In this document: one piece after another, positions 13,085 to 26,836 of the stretch
Layout of the letters: every line of letters starts with the position of its first letter
How positions within the stretch are numbered: the stretch's first letter is position 1
From: Cycas panzhihuaensis
Lineage: Eukaryota > Plantae > Cycadophyta
NCBI GenBank assembly: GCA_023213395.1
Contig: CM041465.1
Span: 61,449,741-61,513,740, forward strand
Direction of reading: 5' to 3'
DNA length: 64,000 bases
Notes under the pieces: generated by a model
Database searches by the model: none
Told to the model about the DNA's origin: nothing
The model's input: only the letters and a program-made list of their open reading frames with translations
Program-made: the position numbers and the translations under genes

Positions 13085-16000
13085 TATTTCTCAGCTATTA
13101 AGAATATATTAGATCACCATCATACAAATATGGTCAGGTATATATTCTTTCCCTTACACTCTCTTATAACTTTACAATTATTTAGATATATGAGATATGT
13201 TTGATTGCTTGAGCATTTGATTGGGTTACTTGATCATCTTGTCTGTAGTCGATATCTACCTATGACAATTAGGACTCTGGTCCAATGGCATAATAGCTCC
13301 TAGGTGATCTCCCTCCTAGCTATAGGTACTCTTAGGGCCTTTGTATCCTAGCTTATATGCACCTTGATCTACCTTATTATGCCTACCTTATTTCCCCCTC
13401 ACTGTGCCTATCCCTTGATCTATCTTGGGCAGTTTATGGAGAGTCTTAGTGGGTTGGTGACCCCCCCCACTCTTATTGCTTGGTCATCACTTGGGTTTCT
13501 CCTCGTGCCTCATTAAGATCCACTACCTAGCCCCCTTTCTTATTTTGACATGTCAATTATTGCCCCTTTCTTGAGGTTCTAACCCCATTAGACAATTTTG
13601 GCACATGTTTTTGTAGGTTGTTATCATGCAAAATGGTCTTAGGTTAGTGTATAGTCCTCTAGGGAGCAGTCCTAGATATTGTCCAGGGTATACTCCCTCT
13701 TTTCCTACTTATTCATTAATCATTTTTGTTTTTCTTTCTGCCCTACTACCATTTTTGTCTACCCTGTGCTAATTATTGTGCATCGCTAATATATTAGTAG
13801 TGCCATGAACAAGTTCATGGTGTGACTGTTATATGCCTTGTTGCAGCAAAAATGCTAATCTTGATTCCTATGCCTAAAGAACACACTCCCCTAACTTAGG
13901 ACTCACCTAGGTTAATCCCTAACATCCTTGGGGCCTCTCCAAAGCAACAAATCCCCTAAAATTAGGGATCATTCTCATATTTTCTCATTCACTCTCATTA
14001 TTCTTCCATTATACAAAGGAAAAAAAACTTGTTTTAGAAAAAAAACACTCTTCTTCCTTCTCCAACTTTCTACTACTCCCCATACACTTAGATTTGTAGG
14101 TCTCTCCTCCATAAGCAAGCAAAGGATAACAAGGAGCAATATAAGTTGAGCAAGGAAGGCTTTCTAGTAAGGGAATGACCAAGGATCTCCCTTCTTTCTC
14201 TAGTAAATAAGGATTTTAACCTTTCAACTCTATTCTACACTTTGGGACACCACTTTCATGGTAAACCTATTCTATTTAGCCATTTTATTGTAGGAATTCC
14301 ATGTTTTGTGGTTTATCCTTTGTTATATCAGCCATAAAACTATAGATTTATGCTTGGATTAATTTTGGTGATTATGTTTTAAGCCATATTTTACTTGTCA
14401 TAAGGAGGCAACACCTCTTTGCATGATTGTTCACCTCTCACATTCCTAAATCCTTCAGCTTTCTGGAAACAAGAAGGCCAAACTAAGCTAGGAGAGTTTG
14501 TGAAGAGGCCTATGGGCTAGAGTTTTGACTCCTAAAGTTGCCTTTCACTTGGGCAATGCCCCTCTCAATGCTTCAAGGCACATCTCCTTGCACTCCATCA
14601 CTAGCTTTAGGGTTTGGTTTGGAGTGAGGCCCATACATGTGAACTATTCACTTTATTTTACTTCTAAAACCCTAGCCAAATAAGCTACTCATAGTTTGGG
14701 AGGGCCATTCACCATTCATAAGAGCTTGCCATCCCAAAGCAACACCCATTTCTTTCCTTTCACTTACATGAGATGGTTGTTGCATATATACACTCACTAA
14801 AATTGTTGAGTAGGGAATATATAAGCTTGCATTGGTTTCTATTTTTGCTCACACACCTACACACTAATATTGCATGCCAAGATCATATATACATGCATAC
14901 ATTTTGCTTGTGGGGAGGCCTTGTTCTCTTGGTATTGTAGGTTGGAGACCATTTTGTGATCATAACAACAAGTCACAAATGGTAACATTTTATTTTTTTT
15001 ATTCTCATTTCCACTCCCCTTCCATTCTTTTGAGCTTTGCTTTGTATATTATTTGGGGACAGTAATTAAGCCCTATTTGGAGGACAAGGAGAAGGTAAGG
15101 GAGCCCCCTCCTCCATTTTTAATGGCCTTTGTGGCAAGGAATAATAATGGTAGTGGAAATAACTTGTGTAAACATGGTGCAAAGAGAGACGACGAAGGAG
15201 TGCATGACCACGACACCAACCGCCACATCCAAGTGCACAACTTCTTGCGCACTCCTCTCTTCTCCTTCCACACTCCCCCCTGTCCCATTTGCTTAGTTTA
15301 CAAAGGAAAGAAAAAGAAAGGAAAATTTTCAAAATTTTATCTCCTTAAAATTATTTTCCTTTTATTACATTATTTAAGAGGGGAGGAAACGAGATTGCAT
15401 GATCATAGTGCATGTATATAGGGAACATTTATTACTTTTAATTTCTCTTAGTGAACCCAATCCTCCACCTATTAAAGGGAATGCAACCTACGTAAGGCAC
15501 CCCATTGCATCCCATCCTTTTCTCTTCCTTCCTCATTATTCTTAGTTTGCATTACATTCATTTGAAAGAATAAAAGAAGGTAAGAAACATAGATAGGAAA
15601 GGTTGCACATTCACTTTGTACATTTGTTGTTGGTATTGGTTGTTGCTTGTTTGTTTCCTTTGATAATGTTTGCATCGTACTAAAGAGAAACATCACCTTA
15701 TTTACAATAAGATGTTCCTCTCAAGACCATATGAGTTTTAAAAGTAAAAAATCCCTTAGTTCTTCTTAGTAACCCAAGGAGATTTCATAATTGGAATATT
15801 GGATAATCTCCATAATCACCTTCTATCTCCCTTTGGGTTGCAACTTCACCCTAACCCTACTCTTCCTTACCATTAAAGGAGAGCTTGTACTTTTGTTGCC
15901 CCTTGGTTGGTGGCAACATTCTCTCATTTTCAAAGTTTAGCATCCTAAATCACACTCTATCTCTTAACAAGCATCAACTCTAATGATCTTCTTATTCTTC

Positions 16001-16439
16001 TTGAATACTCAAGAAGACTTTATAACCTAATAGCCATGACATACTCGTGGCTCTTTTCTACATATCTTTTGATCCATTTCTAGATTGTGAGTAAGCCTAA
16101 ACCACCTCTCACTTTATCACCATCTTTTTCTTCCCTTTCTTGCCCCCTTTTCTGAAAGGAGGTTAATGCCTCTTCTTTCCTGATGAGGATAGAAGAGCTC
16201 CTTCTTTAGGCTATTCGGCTACCCGAGGAGATCTCTTTGCCTAAACTAAACTTAGGAAGGTACTCAAAAAGAAGGGAAGGTCATAACACTATTTGTAGGT
16301 TCCTGAACTTGCATTCTGATGTGAAAATACCCTTTGAGGGTAACCTATTCCTCCTTTTAAGGTCTCTAGGCCCCTATTATAGTTATAGTATTGGCCTAGA
16401 AATTCTTATCCATAGTGACCCCCTAAAGGCACACTTCCA
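13085..16439 (+). repeat. T1 5' LTR (~3.35 kb)
   Basis: Colinear with 27859-31225; starts TA (decayed TG) and ends CTTCCA. Confidence 0.93.
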
Positions 16440-16440
16440 T

Positions 16441-16458
16441 TAGTGACCATACTAGGGA
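16441..16458 (+). promoter_or_regulatory. Putative decayed PBS, resembling the tRNA-Arg type PBS of Tat/Ogre elements
   Basis: TAGTGACCATACTAGGGA immediately after the LTR, versus TGGCGACTCTGCTGGGGA; differences are mostly transitions. Confidence 0.5.
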
Positions 16459-17849
16459 ACCCACGAGTAAGGGAACATTATAATTTCTCTTTGTGTTAGC
16501 ATTTCCTTTCTCCTTTTTATCTATACCTTCTGGATTTGTTGGGCAACCCCCAACGCCTCTACTTTTGCTTTTACCCTTGTCTCTTCCAAAGTTCTAAGGT
16601 GAAATGTAAATGCAATGATTTTCTTATTGTTTATGAGGTTCTTCCTCCCAGTTTAGAAGAGTCTCTATATTCCTCCATTCCCTTGTCTGACTCTAAATCA
16701 ACTATGGAGGGATATTCATCAAAATGGGCATACCATGCCTATGTTTCTGAAATACAACCATAAACTTTAACCTCTTTCCAAGGTCTCACCCAAGAGGGTA
16801 ATAATCCTATCTTCTATCTAGGTAATTAAGAACACTCAGAGTTCCACCATTTCCCCACACATGACATGGACATGTCATCCTCCATGGAGTGCCATCTTCC
16901 TAGCCAAAGTGCCCATGGGGATCGACCTGTGGGTTGCAACTCACATGAGGAGCCTTCCACCTCATATAAGAAACTAGGGACCCTTCCTATAAATGTTGTA
17001 GAAGTGTTACAGTAGTGTTCCTAATCTATAAGTGCCCAACCATTTCTAAAGTGGCTAGAAAGCATTCTTTGTAGTATGGTGCCTCCTTCTTCCTCATTTA
17101 TGCCTCTCAGTTCTTCCTAATCTAAATTTATAGCCATGGTAGGGCCACCCCCAATTGTTTTATCTTCTTCGTATATCCCTCATGCTTAAGGGACTATCTA
17201 AGGCATGCTCGCATCTCAAATTAGGTTGAACATGCCTCTCCTAAGTTAGGCAATTGCACCTCAACCAACTGTAGTTCATGCCCCTCTTACATGACTTAGG
17301 GGATCCTTACGTCTCCCATCTTTGGACCATGTGGGATCTATCCCTATGTGTCCCCAATCTCAACTAAGAGATTCTTCCATTTACCTACCCTTGTGATACA
17401 CATCTCAACCATGGGGGCATAGAAAGGAAAGTCTCGTTCCAATTTATAGGGCAGATTTACTTTACCCACATGGATTCACACCTCCTATACGTGGCCCATA
17501 TGGGCAAAATTCCATCTGACACTAGCCTTTTCTATCTTCGTGTGTAACATGACTTCGCAAAGGGGATTTGCCCCTCCTCAAGGCTCTTTTTCTCATGCCC
17601 TCTCTTAATAAGAGGAATACACTCAAGGGGGAGTGGGCCCCTCTTGCCCACTTACCTCTTTTCGAGCCTTCCCTCAAATGGGAATGGTTCCCTCCCACCA
17701 AGAAGGAGGGAACTCATATCTGCCTCATACTCAAATTCCTGAAGGAGGACTTAACTATCCATACCTGCCTCATTCTTCCTCTTTTATTGACCCATTAGCT
17801 CAACCAACGATTTTCCCCTTCATTGACTATAGGTCGACTCCACTGTCCA

Positions 17850-20800
17850 TTAAGGCACTTAGGACTAACCTACCGCCTCATCCCCTTAAGGTACCCAGAT
17901 TTGATGGGACCTAATTGTAGGACCCAACTAAGCATGTCAAGAGCTTCTCCATGGCATGCATCGACTATTGGGTGTATGATCATATCTTAATGAAACTTTT
18001 TGCCTATTCTTTATAGGGAGATGCCCTGAAGTGGTTTTATCATCTCCCTGCCCATTCCATTCATTATTTCTAGTAGCTTATGGATGAATTCATCAATTAT
18101 TTTGACATAGCTCATCCTCTCAAGAGTGGGATCAAAGCCCTACTCTTGCTTAAGTAGGGTCATGACAAAATGAATCATGACTTCGTGATACACTTTCACG
18201 ACTTCTACATTCCATGATGGCCATATTGCGTGAGGAATTAAAGAGGGACCTTTTCATAAATGCTTTCTATCCCAAAGCTCATGTTGAATTCCTCAAAATG
18301 GGGGCAATAATATGCGACTTTGCCATAGCTAAATGGTTGGTGCCTAAGGCCATTGAGATCTAGGCAGGTCTTAAGAAGCCTCTTAAGTCATCGTAATGAC
18401 ATGAGGCACCCCCTCCATCATGCAACTAATGATCATAAAACCCCCAAGGCCTTCTACCCACTTAATGGAGAAGACCTTGGACCCATTAACTTCTACTATA
18501 TATTCATTCAAACGTATGATGAAGGAGCTTAAGCTCCAACCCTCTCCATCACATTCAGATTTTTATAAGCCCATCCATCAAGCCTCCCAAGCCACACCTC
18601 TGTCGGATAAGAAGTGGTACTCCATTCATGGTGAGTGCTTCCATGAGGACTCATAATGTTGGGTGCAACACCTGGAACTTGCCTCGCCTCATGACTCTTC
18701 CCCTAGATGGGCATCTAAGCCTAATTTAAACCAACCCATCCATTGGAACCCCTTTCCCAAATATGGAGAATGAGACCAACATATCCAACATAGAGGAAAT
18801 AGGAATAGGGGATGATTCCCTAACCCCTCTTCTGTGTAAATGAAAGGAAAGGGGGTGACAAACTCATCTTCTACTCCTAGTTCTTTCCCTTAAACCTCTC
18901 CATCCTCTCAATCCAGCAATAAAGGAAAGAGAGTTATTTAGATGCTTAAGACCACTCCCTTGTGCACTGTCATGAGATCTCAAGCAGCTAAAGAGGCCAT
19001 TAGGGCCTTCTCTTCATAATAAAACATTTCTATAGATAATTTACCTTTTGAAATTTTGACACTCTCTAAGACTATTCTCATTTGCCCAAGTCACTATGAC
19101 TTTTGAAGGGCACTTCCCCAACCTATTGGGAAGGGGAAATCCTTCTCGATCATTGACAAGCTCCATACAATGGCCATTGGAATGTCTATGATGCATATAT
19201 TGTGGAGCTTCCATGAGCAACATGCTCTTATTCTTGAGGCTTTAGGTCTAGCTAATGCTCCCATCCATACTTTAGGTGCCACTCTAAAGTGAGAGCCTCT
19301 CATTACCTTTGATATAAAATACCTCCCTTTGATAAGTGAAAGGAAGTGCTAGTGGTACTTTCCTTTCACCATCTCCATTAACACTTTAGAATGTACTCTT
19401 AGAAGAATAGTTATGTATAATAGTTCTTCTATTAATTCTATGCCCTTGCATATAATATAAGAGTTAGGTATAGTAACTCTTGAGCTAGTCCCATGGCATT
19501 TCCAAGGATATGATGGTAATGAAAAGACACCCTCAGGATCAATTTCTATCCCCCTCATCCTTGAGGATAAAACCATCCTTACTAATATCATAGTACTCGA
19601 TGTAGATGTGGACTATAACCTCTTATTGGGATGCCTATGGCTTGACTAGATAGGAGCCATGTGCTCATCCTATTGGGGGCAACTAAAGTTCACCCATGGA
19701 GGGAGGATCAAGGTTATTTCTTAGGAGCCTCCTCCCACTCGATCATTATATCAATCTCGTCAAGTGGCTCACAACCAAGTGAGAGGCAACAAGAATCTAT
19801 CTACCTATTCTTCCACCTATTCGATTGATGTTCCTAACACTTCTAGATCAGAGAAAGGTCCCTCCTCTTCCTCCTTGAACCTCATTTGCTTTGGCCCCAT
19901 TGGTGTTGGGAGTTATGGGTACCTCATCATTTTAAGCAATCATGGGTTTGATGATGAGAACAAGGAGCCTTCTCATCCCATATCCCTCCTTAACATTCAT
20001 AGGGGGCACTCATTTCATCACCCATCTAGTCCTGAGTCTTGACTTAGGACCTCTTTAGGGGAGCATAGTACTCTTATTACATCTAGGGAATCACACATGG
20101 TCACTCCTACCACATGTATTGGCTCCCACTCTCCTTCATCTTCATCTACTCCCCACACCTTATTGGCCTCTATAGACAATAAGGGTAGGGAGCTTCCTAT
20201 CCCATGACATAGGAGGATACCTTTTAACTCTTCCGAGGAGTCTCCATACTTCGTGGAGTGGTAGGTCAATCGGTACAGACTTATTGCTCCCTCTTTACCC
20301 CATTCCTCATCACCTCAAAGTAAGTCTATCCATGAGATAGATTGCTTTAAGAATAATGAGGCTCTATTAGAACATCTAGCGGGCTCTGTGCCCAACCTCC
20401 CTTCTAGTCACTATAAACTTGGTTTCTAAAAAATCTTAGCCCTAGGGTCATACCTAGCCAACATAGATTAGTCTAGCACTCTCCTACCTCCTTCCATATC
20501 CAAGATCTCCTCCACTTTAAAGAGGGTAATACCATGTATATGAGGGAAACCAAGGATATCGCCCTTGCCCTCAGTAAGGTCATAAAGGTTAGAGAAAAAT
20601 GTACATCTAAGGAAGTGGAGGAATATACCCTCATTCTCCAAGAGTTCTGTGACATGTTTGTATGGGACTATTCAGACATGAAGGGAATAGATCACTCCAT
20701 TGTTACCCATAACCTCACAACTATTCTGGGTGCATGTCCCGTGCGGTAAAAATAATACCCTCTCCATCCCAAACTATCTGATGTAGTGAAAATGGAAGTG

Positions 20801-23060
20801 GAAAAGCTCTTAGATGCAAGACTAATCACTTCCATTGATTACCCTAAGTGGGTATCCAATATCATTCCCATTGCCAAGAGGAACAGAATGATCTAAATTT
20901 GCATTGAGTTTTGGGATATAAATAATGCTTATCTTAAGGATAACTTTCCTTTATCATTCATTGGTTAGATTATTGATTGGACAATAGGTTTTGAAGTCAT
21001 GTCCTTAATGGATTACTTCTTTGGATATAACCAAATGCAAATATCCCTTGAAGACCATCATAAGATAGCCTTCATTACCCTATGGGGGATATTTGTTTAT
21101 AAGGTAATGCCCTTTGGATTAAAGAATGCAAGTGCCACTTATCAAAGTGCAATGTAGTTTATTTTCCATGACCTCATAAATAAGACTCTTGAGGTTTTAT
21201 GGATGACATGATAGGCCTCTCCCATAAGAGAACCCACCAACCTGGGGATTTACATGCTATCTTTACATGATTCTACAAATACCATATTAGTTTGAACCCA
21301 CTTAAATATGTATTTGTTGTGACCATTGGTAAGCTTTTAGGTTTCCTTGTCTCTAAGCAAGGGATCCAGATTGACCTCAACAAGGTGAAATCCATTCTTG
21401 ACATTCTCTTACCTAAAATATAATGCTAAATTAAGTTGTTTTTGGGTAGGCTAGGTTTCCTTAGGCATTTCTTGGCAAACTTCACCGTAAAAACAAAACC
21501 TATAACTAACTTATTAAAGAAGGGGCCCCTATTTGTATGGTCTGCCAAAGCCTAGGAAGCATTCTAAGAGCTTAAAATAGCCTTGGCCTCCAACCCAATC
21601 CTGCCACCCCCTCTCTTTTATACCTTGACTACTGATGAGTCTTTAGGAGCCATGCTAGCCTAAGAAGATGATTCAAGAACCAAGCATACTATATATTTTA
21701 TGAGTTGTACATGAGTGATAGATGAGCTTAACTACCCTCCTACCAAAAAGGAATGCCTAACCTTGGTTCATGCAACTAAGAAGTTTAGATATTACCTCCT
21801 TAGAAATGCCACCCACGTGATTGTCCAATCTAATCTGTTGAGGTACCTTTTAACCTAATCTAACTTAACTGGAATGATAGGAAAATGGCTATCCTCCTTC
21901 AAGAATATGACCTCAAAATCATTAACAAAAAATTAAACAAAGGAATGGTGATTACCAAGCAATTAATTGATGCCCCCATTCCTAACCCTTCAAACCTTCT
22001 AGTTGATGATTCTTTACTCAATGAGCCTATCTTGACCATCCAAGACTCATGACCCCATCCACTAGCTAATAGTAAATGGTATGGGGATATTGTGTAATAT
22101 CTTACCCAATAGTGATATACTCTTAATGCTAGTGATAAGGTAAAGTCATGCATTAGGGCTACAACTAGGTAATACTTCCTTATAAAGGAGGTATTATATA
22201 AGAGATCCTTTAATGGAATTCTCCTCTACTACATCAATCCTGATGAAGCGAACCAAATCCTCCATGAGTATCACAGTGGAATTTGTAGAGGCCATTTTGG
22301 GGGCCAATCCATGGCTAAGAGGATCCTTTATATGAGCTACTACTAGTCGCCCCTCTTTAAGGATGCCCATGCTTATATGCAACATTGTCAAATACACCAA
22401 GAGTATGCTAATATCGTCCACTTATCTTCTAAGGCATTGCATCCTATTATTTCCCCATGGCATTTCTTCCAATGGAGATTAGACCTTATTGGAGCCATAA
22501 CTCTACCCTCATCATTGCAACATAAGTTTATCTTAACTATGATGGAATACTTTACCAAATAGGTTAAAGTAGTCCCAGTTTTATCTACTACTAGCAAGAC
22601 AATTGCCACCTTTATCTATTAATATATTATCTATCGATTTGAGGTCGTAGACATCCTAATCATGGATAATGGCATACCTTTTTGTAATAAGGAGGTGGAT
22701 GAACTTTGTGAGAAGTTCAAGATATCTCAAAAGACCTCCTCTCCTTATTATCCCCATGCCAATGGCCAAATTGAATCATTCAACAAAATCCTTATTAACA
22801 TTCTAAAGAATATAGTTACCTAATCCCAAAGGGATTGGCACCTCCAACTCTATTATGCCCTATGGGCTTATCGTACTTCCATTCACACTATAATAAGGAT
22901 GATCCCATTCTCCCTTATGTATGGGACCAAAGTAGTCCTCCCTTTAGAAGTTGAGATCCCTTTCTTGTACGTCTCTCATTGAGGTCTTATTGATGAGGAA
23001 TTGTGTTACTAGGCCTATCTCCTTGATCTTGAAGCCTTAGATGAGAAATGCTTGGCAATA
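17850..23060 (+). pseudogene. gag-pol: T1 gag-pol: gag ~17850-18750, protease ~19200-19720, RT ~20730-21570, Gypsy RNase H ~21600-21980, integrase ~22050-23060
   Basis: Motifs KVPRFDG, KWYSIHGECFHEDS*C (C-x2-H-x4-H-x4-C type box), DYNLLLG, FVWDYSDMKGID, YKVMPFGLKNA, QEYDLKI, WHFFQWRLDLIG and ALWAYRTS. Many stops. Confidence 0.93.
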
Positions 23061-23813
23061 TGACACTTTGCTGCACCCTTACATTGGGGGTATGAAACGT
23101 ATCTAGATCTTGGGTTACTTTATATATTGAGGTAGAAGTCATGCCCCTTTTCGAAGGAGATGCTTACCCTTCCCTTCATCAACATAGTACTCATTTATGT
23201 TTATATATATATTAATAGTTATTCATTCATGATAATTTGGCACCACACACGTGGTTAGGCTTCTAACCAAGGACATAATTTAGCCTTACTTCCAAGCATG
23301 ACTCATTGATTGGAGAAGACCTTAGGGATAACCCATATCCCTCTCTTTTACAGCTTCTTGGGGTATCTATACTTGCCTTGTTGATTTCTTTTAGAGTCTC
23401 CATGTCCCTTCCGAGGAACATGCATAGTCCCATTGCCCTAGTCTCGTACGAGGTTGCCTACCACATAAGGTGATTGTGTGTGTCTGATGTGCATGTATGC
23501 TACATAAAATAAAGCATCCTATTTAAAAACATTTATATATAAAAGAAAAATAAATAAAAATTGATCTATGCTATGATCTCTGTATACACACAACCATAAT
23601 TAAAACAAGCATAACATGTCAGAATGGGGTACTGATGCGGTCCCTATATATATATATATACAAAGTGAATAATGATACAAGTGTTAAGGAAGTTGGAATC
23701 CTTATAGGGGATGGTCACAATCGTGCATTTGTGCATAGTGAGGATCTCTAGAGGTCTGAAGCTTTCCTCCATCAAAACCTATGATACAATGGATCTATGT
23801 GACTACTATACCC

Positions 23814-25877
23814 TCATGGGGTATCCTCTCCCGGACTACCTTCTCCCTCGCCTAGGGACTACATACCTCCCATGCTCCTTCTCCTCCTTTGCTGTGAGGT
23901 CCTAGCTTTACTCCCCTCATCTTTGGGTCTTTTCTGTGATAGTGTCAATGTATGGGTCTTGCTACATGAAGATTAGGTAGCTATTTGCTCAACCAGGTGA
24001 TCAAACCTCTCATGGAGCTTGTACCTCTCTCCCTATAGTATGTCCCTCTTGCTCTCCACTCCCTAGAGCCTCTCTTCAAGTATTGCAACCCTCACAACAT
24101 TCCTTGCATCTCTAACTACTCTCCCCTAAGCCTCTAGGGCCTACACCCATGCCTATAACTGATCTCTCTTGGCATGCACCTCTTGGGCCTCTATGACCCA
24201 TGTGTCTCATACCCTTACAAGTGGAGCGAAAGTTGGAATGTATCTCCCTGCTACCCTAGGCTCATCCCCTGTGATGATAAGAGGCTGCCCCTCCTCGTAT
24301 ATCTATGGGAAGAGCTCAACCACCACCTATCTAACCAACTCTCCCACGTCTTCTCCACCTACCATCCATATACATTGGGGTATCAGTAAGAGCATAACTA
24401 GTAATCAATCAAAGATAAAAACATGATAAATAAATCAAATAATAAAAGCTTAGAGCTAGAGCTAGAATGAGAAAGGACATCTCACCTCCTAGGGTACCTA
24501 GTACATCCTTAGCTTCCACATCCACTATTATAGCCATAATCTCATCCTCTTCTAGCTCCTCCTCTTCCTTTGGAGCATCTAGCTTGCCACCTCCCTCTGC
24601 CTCCTCTACTCCTAGGACCTCTCCTCTAACTGTAGCTATTGCTACCTCTACCACTGCTACCATAGATACCATTGCTCTTGGGTCTCTACAGATAATTGCC
24701 TTGCTTGCTACCTCACCTCTTGCCCTATCGACTACCTCGACAGTCATCTCATCCCTCTCCTCACCACTCTCCTAGTAGATGGCATAATATGGATTAATGG
24801 TATAGTCGCCTATTAAGAGAAGGTCTAGGGACATAGCCACTACTGATCGCCTGACATGTGATGGCTCTCCCACACTCCTAAACTTGGTCTGTAATCTATG
24901 AACCATAGGTGCATGAGTTAATATAGGCTAGGGACCTCCTGATGGAGACACTCCATGGAAGTGGTCAAAGAATGAGCACTGAAAAAGAGTGTAGAATGAT
25001 AATCCCCTACATCCCACTATCCATATATAATCTAGTTGAGCAGTAAGATTGACCACTATCAAAGTGACCTAATCAAAGTGCCACTCTTGCTCGCACCTCT
25101 AGACTATCACAATCTAGCCCGCCTGAGATGTCTTAATAGTTCTATTTCTAGGAGATCCAGAATATAATGGTGAAGATGATCATCTTCTTCACATGAGGGA
25201 TCCTATCCATGATGACCGTCCTTAGGGGTATCCCCCTCCAATCACAATGGCCTTGATCTGTAAAGAATCGAGCTACCTCATGATGGGTAGTGTCAGTGTT
25301 AGGCAAAGTCCCTAGTACTACTGGTGAGCCCTAGTTTAGTACTCCCAAGATCCTCTTAACATTTGTAAGAGTTACTATAACATTGTAACATCCCCCACTT
25401 GAGGGAGATGAAATACATGGCACCTGCGATCCTAGTAGGAGATGATATCCACGAGGAGGGCCTAGTCTAATACATACTATAGTATCCTAATGATCCGTAT
25501 GAGCCCGTAACATCGTATTATGGATCTCTCTCACCTCTCCAGTAAGTCTATAAAATTAATCATAACTCTCTCGATATTCTTATGATTGTCAACCGTGATA
25601 ACAAGCTACAAAACTAGCAAAAAATTTAATGTTGTTAGCTAGGCTCCACTCCACTAAGCTAAAAACTCTCTCCGGCTATCATAAATAAAGAAAGTAGCTC
25701 TAAAATTAATAAAATTTCTATGTTTTCCTTTTTTTCAATTATTTTCCCTTGGTACCACTAATATATTCATAATACCATGAATATATTAGTGGGCCCTATG
25801 AATAGGGCTTCACCCTATAAGGAAGTTTGCAACACCACAAATAAATTTGTAGTACCATGACCTTCGCCCCCATTAAA

Positions 25878-25908
<31 letters not shown>

Positions 25909-26117
25909 TATATTTTTTGTGGACTTTGATGGGTCCACCAAGACCAAGGCTTCCTAATGCCCTAGCCCAACTCCTTTCAAATCCTTAAAAGGGTCTTGGA
26001 AGGTCTAGTTTACCTCTATAAGACCTAAAAATATAATAAAAAGCATTAATGATTAAAAGTTGAGATGAAAGGCTTAGGTCTAGATCAACATACTGGATCT
26101 GGGCTAGCTACCACTAT
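23814..26117 (-). pseudogene. T1 antisense spliced PMD/coiled-coil gene (predicted exons 26117-26094, 25605-24486, 24358-23814)
   Basis: Homologous to 58411-60840. PMD motif (HVFHLP.VGDVT..V..ILGVL). GT..AG introns 26093-25606 and 24485-24359. E-rich segment is ORF 24409-24747. Confidence 0.75.
25878..25905. repeat. (AAT)n microsatellite, about 9 units
   Basis: Read directly; lies in predicted intron 1 of the antisense gene. Confidence 0.9.
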
Positions 26118-26836
26118 CTCTCACTCTCATTCCCAATGACTCTCTCTATGCATTGATCCAATAGCTGGATTTCCTCCACTGAGCGCATAATAGGGGATGA
26201 ATTTGGGTGTTGGAGATGTAGAGCTCCTAGATCACGTGAAGTCATGTGAAAATGAATCTATTTTTACCCCTCATCCTCCTCTTATTTTGTGTTTCCCCCC
26301 AGAGTACTAGGCCCTTTTTCAACCCCAGAAAAGCCACTAAGATCACCTCCCTTGGCTGATCTTAGTTCCCTTTAGGGCCTAGACCCAGTTTTACCTCTAG
26401 ATGCGCCTTTTCACTATCATTTTGTGTATTTATGGTGCCTTTTTTGGCTCCTGCATGAGCCCTTTTTCTCCTATTTTCTGGCTATTCAAAAAGATACTGG
26501 TGTTTATGCTCTAGAAGCCCATTTTGATGCATTGGATCCATTTTTGCTATCACTTCATCTCATCAAGGCTCTTAATGAAAGTTCTCCCTCTTCTTGAGCC
26601 TCCTTATTAGTCCCACACCAATCTTGTGACTTTGTAGTTGGATTAATTCCCTGATGAATCACCTTCTTCTATGAGGTGAGCCCTCCACTAGCCTAGTAGC
26701 CTACTAATAGGGCTATCTTGTCTTCTTATGGTCATCCTTTTTGAGTCATCACGAGCAGTTAAGCCTCACTCTCCACCTTTTCACTCTACATTCTTCTTCT
26801 TTACTATTGTGTGAGTCTTATCTCTCTTTCTGCAGT

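Noticed and set aside
15053-15696. ORFs inside the T1 LTRs (also 29761-30475, 46713-46997)
   Set aside because: No recognisable domain; their recurrence is explained by LTR duplication, and frames differ between copies.
20340-20460. Possible G-patch or aRNH in the PR-RT spacer of T1
   Set aside because: Only weak resemblance (YKLGF.KILALG); no RNase H catalytic motifs.
24467-24775. Ser/Thr-rich ORF on the + strand
   Set aside because: It is the antisense shadow of the E/V/A-rich minus-strand exon.
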